DNA of 64,000 nucleotides from Candidatus Roizmanbacteria bacterium (GTDB taxonomy: Bacteria; Patescibacteriota; Microgenomatia; UBA1406): assembly GCA_024654535.1 (NCBI GenBank), contig JANLHL010000016.1, positions 96,626 to 160,625 of the forward strand, given 5' to 3'. The translations under genes and the position numbers were made by a program. The notes beneath the pieces were generated by a model that saw nothing but the letters and a program-made list of their open reading frames with translations, had not been told where the DNA came from and made no database searches. This document shows positions 55,705 to 64,000 of this stretch, in pieces (position 1 is the stretch's first letter; every line of letters begins with the position of its first letter).

Positions 55705-58206
55705 ATGGGTAAAATAATAGAAAGCAGAATCACTGAGGAAATGAAGAAGTCCTATCTGGATTATGCAATGAGTGTCATTGTGGCTCGTGCATTACCTGAT
55801 GTTCGAGATGGCTTAAAACCAGTCCAACGACGCATACTCTATACCATGTATACCCTTGGTTTGAACGCATCAGCGCGATTTAAAAAAAGCGCTACTGTCG
55901 TCGGAGAAGTACTAGGAAAGTACCATCCTCATGGCGATGTTCCCGTGTATGACGCGCTCGTGCGTATGGCACAGCAGTTCTCTATGCGATACCCTCTCGT
56001 TCGTGGGCAAGGAAACTTCGGCTCTATAGATGGCGACCCTCCAGCAGCTATGCGTTATACGGAAGTAAAACTTGAAAAAATAGCTGAAGAAATAATGGCT
56101 GACTATGATAAAGGAACCGTAGATTTCAGAGGTAACTTTGATAATTCATTAACAGAACCAGTTTTTTTACCTGGCAAAATACCAAACTTATTATTGAATG
56201 GAGCCGAAGGTATTGCCGTCGGTATGGCAACAAAAATTCCACCTCACCACTTGGGAGAGCTCATAGACGGGCTTCTCTATACAATTGAAAAAGTAAACTT
56301 TGATCCCAAGGAGGAGCTAGATAAAACACTTCTCGCTCTCTCCTTTACAACAACCGTTGAGGAACTTATGACCTATATTAAGGGTCCAGATTTCCCAACA
56401 GGAGGTATTTTATACAGCACAAAAGACATTCTCAATGCTTACCAAACAGGTAGGCAATCGCTCATAGTTCGAGCAGTCGCCAATATTGAGGAAAGCGATA
56501 AAGGTCGTGATGCAATAATAGTATCAGAGCTCCCATATCAAGTGAACAAAGCAACACTTATCCAAAAAATTGCAGGTCTCGTACAAGACAAAAAGATGGG
56601 CGGTATCGCAACTATCCGCGATGAATCAGATAGGCGAGGAATTCGTGTAGTTATTGAAATCAAAAAAGATGCCGTTGCAAAGAAAGTGCTGAATAACCTT
56701 TTTCTGAAAACAGAATTGCAAACAACATTTCCTGTGAACATGGTTGCCCTTGTTGATGGGATACCTCAAACATTATCACTAAAAGCAATTCTAGATCACT
56801 ATTTACGTCACAGAGCTACTGTCGTTGTGAAACGCACACGTTTTGAACTTGCAAAAGCAAAGGCGCGGGCACACATCTTAGACGGCTTATTAATTGCTAT
56901 CGATAACATAGATGAGATTGTCGATATAATTAAAAAATCACCTTCTGAGGCAGAGGCAAAAAAACGCCTCATGACTCGCTTCAAGTTTTCTGATCTGCAG
57001 GCTCAAGCAATACTCGATATGCAGCTTAAGCGCTTAACCGCACTTGAGAAAGACAAGATACAAGCCGAACTAGATGCACTTCAAAAAGAAATAGACCGAC
57101 TCGAAACTATATTATCGAGTATAAAAAATGTACTTATTGAGGTGTCGAAGGAACTCTCTCTACTGAAAGAAAAATTTGGTGATAAGCGACGAACAAAAAT
57201 TATTCGCACTCGTCCTGGTGAATTTTCAGACGAAGAACTGATTGAAAATAAGGAAGTCTATGTACTTTTGACAAAAGATGGGTATATTAAACAACTTCCA
57301 CAAGAAGCCTTTAAACTACAAAAACGAGGTGGAAAAGGAATAAGTGCCATTAAAACGAATGAAGGTGATTCCGTAGCACACATCCTTTCATGTACGACAC
57401 ATGAACAAATACTATTTTTTACAAACAAAGGAAAAGTGTATCAAGTTAGAGTGTGGGAAATTCCACAGTCAAGCCGTCAATCGAAGGGAAAGGCAATTAT
57501 TAATCTCATACCAATAGAACAAAATGAGCGTGTGAGTGCTATGTATTGCTATGATCTTAACGACGCGTCAACATTAAAAAACACAACCCTTTTCTTTGCC
57601 ACAAGGCGAGGTTATGTAAAAAAGACTAAGTTGCAAGAATATGCAAACATACGATCAAACGGTCTAAAAGCTATAACATTGGCAAATGATGATGAGCTTT
57701 TAGGTATCGAGTTCTTAACAACACAATCAAATATATTCTTAATAGGAGCACATGGTAAATCGATAATGTTTCCAGACAGTGCAGTAAGGCCTATGGGAAG
57801 ATCTGCAAGAGGTGTTCGTGGCATGAAATTGTCTCCAACACAAACATTAACGACACTCAGCGTTGTTCCGGTCGATATGATGAAAAAAAGTACCATGTTG
57901 ATAGTCACTCAAAAAGGACATGGAAAACTGGTGCAGGCACACTCTTTCAGAACACAAAATAGGGGAGGGGTAGGAATCAAAGCAGCAACTATCACAGATC
58001 GTACCGGACCCATAATATATTGTGACATGATAGACCACAAAACAGACGCCGAGCTCATCTTAACGTCAGGAAGTGGACAAGTAGTGCAAATACCTATAAA
58101 AACTATGCCTGTACTGTCTCGCAATGCACAAGGGGTGATTATTATGCGATTTTCTGAAAAAAATGATTATGTTGCCACAGCAACACTAGTCAGAGAAAAA
58201 GAATGA
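55705..58206 (+). CDS. gyrA: DNA gyrase subunit A
   Basis: '[27 protein letters not shown]', 'KYHPHGD' and the active-site 'AMRYTE', plus C-terminal beta-pinwheel repeats. Confidence 0.95.
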   Translation: MGKIIESRITEEMKKSYLDYAMSVIVARALPDVRDGLKPVQRRILYTMYTLGLNASARFKKSATVVGEVLGKYHPHGDVPVYDALVRMAQQFSMRYPLVRGQGNFGSIDGDPPAAMRYTEVKLEKIAEEIMADYDKGTVDFRGNFDNSLTEPVFLPGKIPNLLLNGAEGIAVGMATKIPPHHLGELIDGLLYTIEKVNFDPKEELDKTLLALSFTTTVEELMTYIKGPDFPTGGILYSTKDILNAYQTGRQSLIVRAVANIEESDKGRDAIIVSELPYQVNKATLIQKIAGLVQDKKMGGIATIRDESDRRGIRVVIEIKKDAVAKKVLNNLFLKTELQTTFPVNMVALVDGIPQTLSLKAILDHYLRHRATVVVKRTRFELAKAKARAHILDGLLIAIDNIDEIVDIIKKSPSEAEAKKRLMTRFKFSDLQAQAILDMQLKRLTALEKDKIQAELDALQKEIDRLETILSSIKNVLIEVSKELSLLKEKFGDKRRTKIIRTRPGEFSDEELIENKEVYVLLTKDGYIKQLPQEAFKLQKRGGKGISAIKTNEGDSVAHILSCTTHEQILFFTNKGKVYQVRVWEIPQSSRQSKGKAIINLIPIEQNERVSAMYCYDLNDASTLKNTTLFFATRRGYVKKTKLQEYANIRSNGLKAITLANDDELLGIEFLTTQSNIFLIGAHGKSIMFPDSAVRPMGRSARGVRGMKLSPTQTLTTLSVVPVDMMKKSTMLIVTQKGHGKLVQAHSFRTQNRGGVGIKAATITDRTGPIIYCDMIDHKTDAELILTSGSGQVVQIPIKTMPVLSRNAQGVIIMRFSEKNDYVATATLVREKE

Positions 58207-59072
58207 AAATACATTGCGCTTCTATAGCACAGCAAATACTTGACAAGGCAAAATTACAACTCGGTAAGGTGTATGATAAAAAAGCACCCCCGAAGGTTGC
58301 TCTCGTATATGTAGGTAGTGATCCGCTCACGGAGATTTTTATTCAAAATAAAATAAAACTCGCAAATGCGCTTAACATTCGTTTTGAAGTCATACATTTC
58401 TCACACGTACCTCTTTTCCAACAGTTTGCATCAAAGTTACGTATTACCGCAAACGATCGTAATTTTCATGCTGTTTTAGTGCAACGACCACTACCACCAG
58501 AGCTTAATTCAATTTCGCTTGATAACTTTATACCGCGTATTAAGGAAGTTGAGGGGCAAAAATATAAATCCCCATACATCTCGCCCATTGGAAAAGCAGC
58601 TCTATCATTGTTAAAATATGTGCATACTCAAGACTGGCGTATCAAAAGTTCAGACGTTGAGTTTTTCAAAAAAACATTTAAACGGCAATTTGTTGTTATT
58701 GCAGGACGTGGAGAAACAGCAGGAAAACCACTTGCCTCTACATTGTTAAGGTTCAAAATTCCAACCATAATAACTCACAGTGCAACTGATAATTGCGATA
58801 TGTTTTATAGCCAAGCAGATGTACTTATTACTGCAACTGGTTCTCAACTTATTAATGATGCATCCTGCATAAAACAAGGTGCTATACTTCTTAATTTTGG
58901 GTATAGAAAAGAAGACGGAGTTACAAAAGGGGACTATGATGAAAAGGCGGTTCGAGATGTTGCGGGCTACTATACTCCGGTAGTTAACGGATCAGGCCCA
59001 ATTATGCTTGCCTACCTCATGGAAAATATTGTTTCAGCTTATACTGCTTCTTTGAAATTGAGATCTTCTTGA
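58203..59072 (+). CDS. folD: bifunctional methylenetetrahydrofolate dehydrogenase/cyclohydrolase
   Basis: '[21 protein letters not shown]', 'AVLVQRPLP', '[15 protein letters not shown]' and '[18 protein letters not shown]'. ATGA overlap with gyrA. Confidence 0.85.
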   Translation: MKIHCASIAQQILDKAKLQLGKVYDKKAPPKVALVYVGSDPLTEIFIQNKIKLANALNIRFEVIHFSHVPLFQQFASKLRITANDRNFHAVLVQRPLPPELNSISLDNFIPRIKEVEGQKYKSPYISPIGKAALSLLKYVHTQDWRIKSSDVEFFKKTFKRQFVVIAGRGETAGKPLASTLLRFKIPTIITHSATDNCDMFYSQADVLITATGSQLINDASCIKQGAILLNFGYRKEDGVTKGDYDEKAVRDVAGYYTPVVNGSGPIMLAYLMENIVSAYTASLKLRSS

Positions 59073-59091
59073 TTGACTGTCACTTACAATA

Positions 59092-60438
59092 CTATTTCAC
59101 TTGATGGATTTGGCGATAGAAATCATGTATGATCTGTTGACGCTTCAGTTCCCATACCTTTTCCCTCCTACACAATTTTGACACGTCTTCTTTGTTCTCC
59201 AACATCATCTCTGCTATTATTTCGAAAAATAACGTGTTTTGTGATGCCTTCAATAAAATAATATCACCATCTTGAGAAAGTCGCTCTTTTATAAAGACAC
59301 CAGCCTGATACGAATTAGAAAAATAATGTACCGTCTCGTTTGTATATCCATGACTCAATAAATATGGAAATACATACTTCTGCATATTCGGCCCAACTAA
59401 GACAACTTGATTTATTGCATACGATACTATTTCCTGCGCTAGGCGCTCATGCTCAGATTGACTCAAACGTCCCAGTTCACGCATGTCACCCAATACAGCA
59501 ATCTTCCTTCGACGCATATACGTCGCCAGTAACTCCAACATACCTTTGCATGCCTCAAAGCTCGAATTATATGAAGAATCTATGAGTGTCGTATTGTGTA
59601 CCCCGGCAAGAATAGTCGCTCTTCCAGGAGGGAAACTATAACTCCGTATCACATTTAAGATAGTTTGACGATCAATACCAAAATATTCACCAATGATACA
59701 CACAGCCGAGACAGTGTAACCAAAGTTTTTCTGCGCGATTCTATCTATCGTAAACGAGAAGTTTTCTCGCTTTATCTTAATATCAAATGTTGTTCGTTTT
59801 ACACCAAGTGTCCACGATTGTATTGTAGCTTCATCAATGTATACTGGTCTGGGTTTAAGGCCTTCTAAAGCTCCTCGAATATATGTATTGTCTGCTGCTA
59901 CGATGAGATTCGGTGGCAAAGTACTAGCATTGTTCATAATTTTTGAATATTCATGAGACATAGCAGTCACCTCATCTGGGTACATTCCTTTTGCTACTAA
60001 TGGAGCAAATGACTCCGTGTGCATTGCATAACTCGACACCCAGTAGACAACCTCTGGATGTATAAAGGCACTCATGAATGCCATTTCTCCAGGCCTATCG
60101 ACATCAAGTTCAACAACAAAAATGTTTTCATCTCTTTTAACAATTAAGAGGTACATGCACCGAAACGGTGCACTGACAAAAAACCATATAAATTCTGAAA
60201 CTGAATAGTTCACGGGTACGATACCTAAAATACTATATGAGATACCAATTGCTGAATTTGCTTTTTTACTAACATAGACACTGTATTTTGTTTTAAGAGC
60301 CGTGGAAAGAAGGTTGAGCGCACTTGTTTTACCCGCTGTTCCTGTGACAGCAAGTATGCGCGGTTTCCATCTACTCAATACTATCTTTGCAAAGAAACGG
60401 TAGTATGCAGCAAATATAAAATACATTTGACTTTTCAT
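59092..60438 (-). CDS. Mur ligase family protein, MurF-like with reduced N-terminal domain
   Basis: P-loop 'VTGTAGKTS' already at residue ~33, then 'VVELDVDRPGEM', 'LIDSSYNSS' and 'IAVLGDMRELG...H' as in MurF. TGGTATACT lies 8 nt upstream on the minus strand. Confidence 0.65.
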   Translation of the reverse strand: MKSQMYFIFAAYYRFFAKIVLSRWKPRILAVTGTAGKTSALNLLSTALKTKYSVYVSKKANSAIGISYSILGIVPVNYSVSEFIWFFVSAPFRCMYLLIVKRDENIFVVELDVDRPGEMAFMSAFIHPEVVYWVSSYAMHTESFAPLVAKGMYPDEVTAMSHEYSKIMNNASTLPPNLIVAADNTYIRGALEGLKPRPVYIDEATIQSWTLGVKRTTFDIKIKRENFSFTIDRIAQKNFGYTVSAVCIIGEYFGIDRQTILNVIRSYSFPPGRATILAGVHNTTLIDSSYNSSFEACKGMLELLATYMRRRKIAVLGDMRELGRLSQSEHERLAQEIVSYAINQVVLVGPNMQKYVFPYLLSHGYTNETVHYFSNSYQAGVFIKERLSQDGDIILLKASQNTLFFEIIAEMMLENKEDVSKLCRREKVWELKRQQIIHDFYRQIHQVK

Positions 60439-60606
60439 ATAAAACTAGTATACCATGATTATAAGTAGGTAGAAAATTCTACTTATTGAGTGTGTATTTT
60501 TAGCACTATGTCTGATAGATTGCTATTGGCAGAGAGTATTGTAGTCTGCTAATGAATTCAAATTTGCCTATATACTGTCACAGCAGTGTATATTGGACAG
60601 TAAATT

Positions 60607-62319
60607 CTATTTTTTGCTAAAAAGTGATATAAAAGCTTCCTTGGGGATTTCTACTTTACCTATTTGCTTCATTTTCTTTTTTCCTTCCTTTTGTTTGTTG
60701 AGAAGCTTATCCTTCCGTGTTCTATCACCTCCATACAGTTTAGCAGTCACATCTTTCCGAAAAGGGGAGATACGCTCACTCGCTATAAAGCGGCTATCAT
60801 ATCTCGCTTGTATGCGAACTTCAAATTGCTGACGTGGTATAAGATCCTTTAATCGGGATGTTATTTCACGTGCTTTATAGGGTGCTCGAATATCAACAAC
60901 ATAATCTGAAAATTCTTCAATAGCTTCCGAGTTGATAAGAATCTCTAGTTTTGAAATGTCAGCTTTTCTATATTCCTTAAATTCCCAATCAACGCTTGCA
61001 TATCCAGATGTCACTGTTTTTAGACGATCAAAAAAATTGGCTAATATTTCTGCAAGAGGAATCTCATAGATCATGACAAGTTGTGACACATTATCCATAG
61101 TCAAGAATATACCTCTTGATTCTTCGCACAAATTCATAATAACACCCATGTACTTTTCAGGCGTAACAATAGTAACAGTCACAATAGGTTCATACAAAGC
61201 CCCATTTTCGCTCTTATAATCTACTTTGGGAGGCGTAAGAATGATACTCTGTCCGTATTCTCTCTCTAGTCGCTCTCGAGAGACATCTGCATGCAGCAAA
61301 CCTAAAAAACCTACTCGATAACCAGCACCAAATGCAGCGCTATACAAGGCCTCAAACTGAAGTGCTGCATCATTCAAATAAAGCTTTTCGAGTGCCTTCT
61401 TAAGCGCTGGGAAATCATCTGGATCAGTCGGAAATACCGAAGCAAAAACCATGGGCTTTACCTCTTTATAACCTTCTAAACTGACTCCTTGCTTATCAGC
61501 AATAGTATCACCAATTCTAACGTCGTGAATATTTTTCATATTTGTTACTACGTACCCGATTTGGGCTTCAGAAAGCTCTTCAGTAGTCAAAAGGTCTGGT
61601 GTAAAGATGCCAACTTCCTGAACTTCAAAATCTACATCTACCTGGCACAATCGAACCTTCTTGCCTGCTTGTAAACTTCCTTCAAACAATCTCACAAACG
61701 CAATGACACCCCTGTGTGGATCATAATATGAATCAAATATTAAGGCCCTAGAATGGTCCACATTGCTTACTACTGGTGGAGGGATTTTTGCAATAACCGC
61801 GTTGAGCAACTGCTCAACACCAATACCAGATTTCGCTGAAATTTTGTAAACCGATTCTTCTGGAACACCCAAAAAAGTTGCAAGATCGGTAACCGTTTTT
61901 TCAACCAGTGCACTATCCATGTCTATTTTGTTGACAACGGGAATAATTGCAAGATTGTGCGCTAGTGCTTTATATGCATGCGCTATTGTTTGCGCCTGTA
62001 TACCTTTTGTTGCATCTACCAACAGAATGACACCTTCGACACTGGCAAGTGTACGCTCAACTTCGTATGAGAAATCTACATGCCCAGGAGTATCAACCAA
62101 ATTCAGTAGATAGTCTTTATAACGCATGCTAACTGGAGCTAACTTAATAGTGATTCCTCGTTCGCGCGATATAGGATTTCTATCTAACATTTGCGCCTCG
62201 TGTTTATTTTTTTCGACGGTGTGGGTAAGCTCTAAGAATCTATCTGCTAAGGTTGATTTGCCATGGTCAACATGCGCAATGATTGCAAAATTTCGAATCG
62301 TTTGAGAGTTCATGAGCAT
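60607..62319 (-). CDS. lepA: elongation factor 4 (LepA)
   Basis: '[20 protein letters not shown]', 'DTPGHVDFSYEV', 'NKIDM' and the LepA C-terminal 'GGDRTRKDKLL..QKEGKKKMK'. Start at MLMNSQ shares one nt with the pyk stop (TAATG). Confidence 0.92.
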   Translation of the reverse strand: MLMNSQTIRNFAIIAHVDHGKSTLADRFLELTHTVEKNKHEAQMLDRNPISRERGITIKLAPVSMRYKDYLLNLVDTPGHVDFSYEVERTLASVEGVILLVDATKGIQAQTIAHAYKALAHNLAIIPVVNKIDMDSALVEKTVTDLATFLGVPEESVYKISAKSGIGVEQLLNAVIAKIPPPVVSNVDHSRALIFDSYYDPHRGVIAFVRLFEGSLQAGKKVRLCQVDVDFEVQEVGIFTPDLLTTEELSEAQIGYVVTNMKNIHDVRIGDTIADKQGVSLEGYKEVKPMVFASVFPTDPDDFPALKKALEKLYLNDAALQFEALYSAAFGAGYRVGFLGLLHADVSRERLEREYGQSIILTPPKVDYKSENGALYEPIVTVTIVTPEKYMGVIMNLCEESRGIFLTMDNVSQLVMIYEIPLAEILANFFDRLKTVTSGYASVDWEFKEYRKADISKLEILINSEAIEEFSDYVVDIRAPYKAREITSRLKDLIPRQQFEVRIQARYDSRFIASERISPFRKDVTAKLYGGDRTRKDKLLNKQKEGKKKMKQIGKVEIPKEAFISLFSKK

Positions 62320-63773
62320 TAACACGTAACTATTTTTACCGTTGACGTGCCTCCTGTCACAGCCCATCGATCACCGTGAAGTACAATAAACGAATCACCT
62401 TTTTCAGCGAACCCTTTTTTTATAAGGTACTGCATAGCTGTTCGTACATTTTCTCCGGTCACTTCCTGTGTCGTTACGTGGGTTGCATCTTGTATTAATG
62501 GGATAATTCCGAATTCTATTGTTAAGCCATCAGCAACTTTCTTCGAAGGACAAAACGTATAAATGGGCAATCGTGGTCTATAGCAAGAAAGGAGCCGGGG
62601 AGTTCTTCCAGAATGAGTCAAAACTATAAAACCCTTTATATGAGCTTTTAAAACTTTTGAAGATCGATACAAATCGTACGCAGCTTCGCACATCATGTCT
62701 TCTACGCCCAAAAGTGAATACTTATGCGTTAGTCGAAGATCATTATCGAAAGCCATTTCGTTATACGTTGCAGTCTTTGCCATAGTTGAAACTGCCTTAA
62801 CCGAATAATTTCCTGTCGCAGTCTCGCCGGATAACATGACAGCAGAGGTATTATCAAACACTGCGTTTGCTATATCTGATACTTCAGCGCGAGTTGGATA
62901 GGGATGCTCAATCATCGATTCAAGCATCTGGGTTGCAGTAATAACAAAAGTTCCTGCCTCGACACACTTTTTAATGATCTTCTTCTGCAATGAGGGTACC
63001 TGCTCATAAGCAGCTTCAACTGCTAAATCACCACGCGCAACCATAATGCCGTCAGACGCTTCGATAATTTCATCAATAAAGTCTATCGCTTTTTTTGTTT
63101 CAATTTTAGACACTATCTTAGAATCGATACCCAGCTTCTTCATTTCTTCTCGAAGCGCCAAAACATCTTTTTTGCTTCTCACAAATGAAAGAGCAATATA
63201 ATCTATCTCCTTCAGACGGGCAAGTTCTAATCCTTCAAAATCGCGTTCTATCAGTGTTGGGAATGGAAAGTCTGCTCCCGGTATGTTGAGTGTCTTATTC
63301 GTCTTGAGCACTCCTTCACTTTTACTCACTAAATATGTTTTTCCATTTTCGTGATCGATTACAAATTCAAAAGATCCGTCATCTGCTATGACCTCTTGGC
63401 CCTTTTTTAAATGCTTGATAATACCCGGGTGAGTAATGGATAATGCAACGATATGTGTATTCTTTTCTATATACGACATTTCATCGAGTAAAATACGCAT
63501 CCCATGAGTAACCTTAATACTCTCTTGAATCATTTTTATACGTATCTCTGGGCCTTGTAGATCAATAAGAGTCCCTACAAATGCCCCCATTTTCTGCACA
63601 ACTGATTTCACTCTATGAATTCTCTCGGCATGCCATTCAACCGTATTGTGTTTAAAATTAAATCGGAAAACATTGACACCGGCTCTGATAAGCTCTTCAA
63701 TTTTCTCAACACTATCAGAAGCTGGGCCTATTGTAGCAACAATTTTGGTAAGTTTTGATTGCGAATTAACCAT
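62319..63773 (-). CDS. pyk: pyruvate kinase
   Basis: 'TKIVATIGPAS', 'NFKH', 'IVSKIETKKA', 'MVARGDLAVE' and 'MLSGETATG'. TGTTATACT lies 6 nt upstream on the minus strand. Confidence 0.92.
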   Translation of the reverse strand: MVNSQSKLTKIVATIGPASDSVEKIEELIRAGVNVFRFNFKHNTVEWHAERIHRVKSVVQKMGAFVGTLIDLQGPEIRIKMIQESIKVTHGMRILLDEMSYIEKNTHIVALSITHPGIIKHLKKGQEVIADDGSFEFVIDHENGKTYLVSKSEGVLKTNKTLNIPGADFPFPTLIERDFEGLELARLKEIDYIALSFVRSKKDVLALREEMKKLGIDSKIVSKIETKKAIDFIDEIIEASDGIMVARGDLAVEAAYEQVPSLQKKIIKKCVEAGTFVITATQMLESMIEHPYPTRAEVSDIANAVFDNTSAVMLSGETATGNYSVKAVSTMAKTATYNEMAFDNDLRLTHKYSLLGVEDMMCEAAYDLYRSSKVLKAHIKGFIVLTHSGRTPRLLSCYRPRLPIYTFCPSKKVADGLTIEFGIIPLIQDATHVTTQEVTGENVRTAMQYLIKKGFAEKGDSFIVLHGDRWAVTGGTSTVKIVTC

Positions 63774-63802
63774 CCATACAGTATAACATGAAGAAGGAGA
63801 TA

Positions 63803-64000
63803 TTACTTTTTCATTCTTTCTGTGAAGTGGTCTTCAGCATCTGGAGTTCCAATGTAGCATTTCCCATTATCGTAGACAAACGGGACACCAACTTGATCGG
63901 ACGGTATCTTACATATTTGAGCAGCCTCTTCCATAAGATTTGAGTTTTTCTTGTTATAAAATACTTCCAATTTTTTGTATGTCAATTTTTCATCTACTTT
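63803..64000 (-). CDS. thioredoxin-fold-like protein, C-terminal part (5' end outside window)
   Basis: The frame stays open to the window edge, since the track start is only a TTG. '...IPSDQVGVPFVYDNGKCYIGTP' resembles the cis-Pro/beta-strand end of glutaredoxin/DsbA-like folds. Weak. Confidence 0.3.
   Translation of the reverse strand, partial: KVDEKLTYKKLEVFYNKKNSNLMEEAAQICKIPSDQVGVPFVYDNGKCYIGTPDAEDHFTERMKK

Noticed and set aside
62320-62367. 16-aa N-terminal extension of lepA (MGCDRRHVNGKNSYVL)
   Set aside because: It would overlap the end of pyk. The conserved LepA N-terminus begins right after [23 protein letters not shown], and the Met at 62319 abuts the pyk stop (TAATG coupling).

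Overview
AT-rich, very gene-dense bacterial chromosome segment with about 80 supportable CDS, 4 tRNAs and no rRNA, CRISPR array, integrase or transposase. The gene style looks like a reduced-genome Patescibacteria/CPR-type organism, which is inference only: a 149-aa EF-Ts, many short lineage-specific ORFs, GT39/YfhO envelope glycosyltransferases, queuosine salvage, and few biosynthetic genes. Two housekeeping blocks flank an accessory region. Block 1 (1-11.3 kb) carries glyA, fbp-fba, galU, rpsB-tsf and queA-tgt. Block 2 (39.7-64 kb) carries typA, mgtE, ruvCAB, murI, rarA, gyrB-ppa-gyrA-folD, lepA and pyk. The accessory region (11.3-39.6 kb) is full of recombination scars and orphan genes. Main observations: (1) a 333-bp GIY-YIG cassette bounded by perfect 68-bp direct repeats that each contain nt 1-21 of tRNA-Gln; (2) decayed copies of the tRNA-Gln 3' end and flank that delimit cargo segments up to 18.5 kb, followed by a 3-gene cassette flanked by a perfect 31-bp repeat duplicating a Nudix gene promoter and start; (3) a four-CBS protein fused to an HPF/YfiA-like ribosome-hibernation domain; (4) a UvrB-binding-domain-less UvrA paralog divergent from a MerR/GyrI-like regulator, with a textbook 19-bp-spacer MerR-type promoter; (5) two diverged paralogous orphan genes sharing a 13-nt promoter core; (6) a genome-style signal of -10 boxes about 6 nt upstream of start codons, implying leaderless mRNAs; (7) a tRNA-Pro 3' duplicate split by an 84-nt hairpin-rich insert. 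All functional calls rest on motif recognition by eye, with no database searches.
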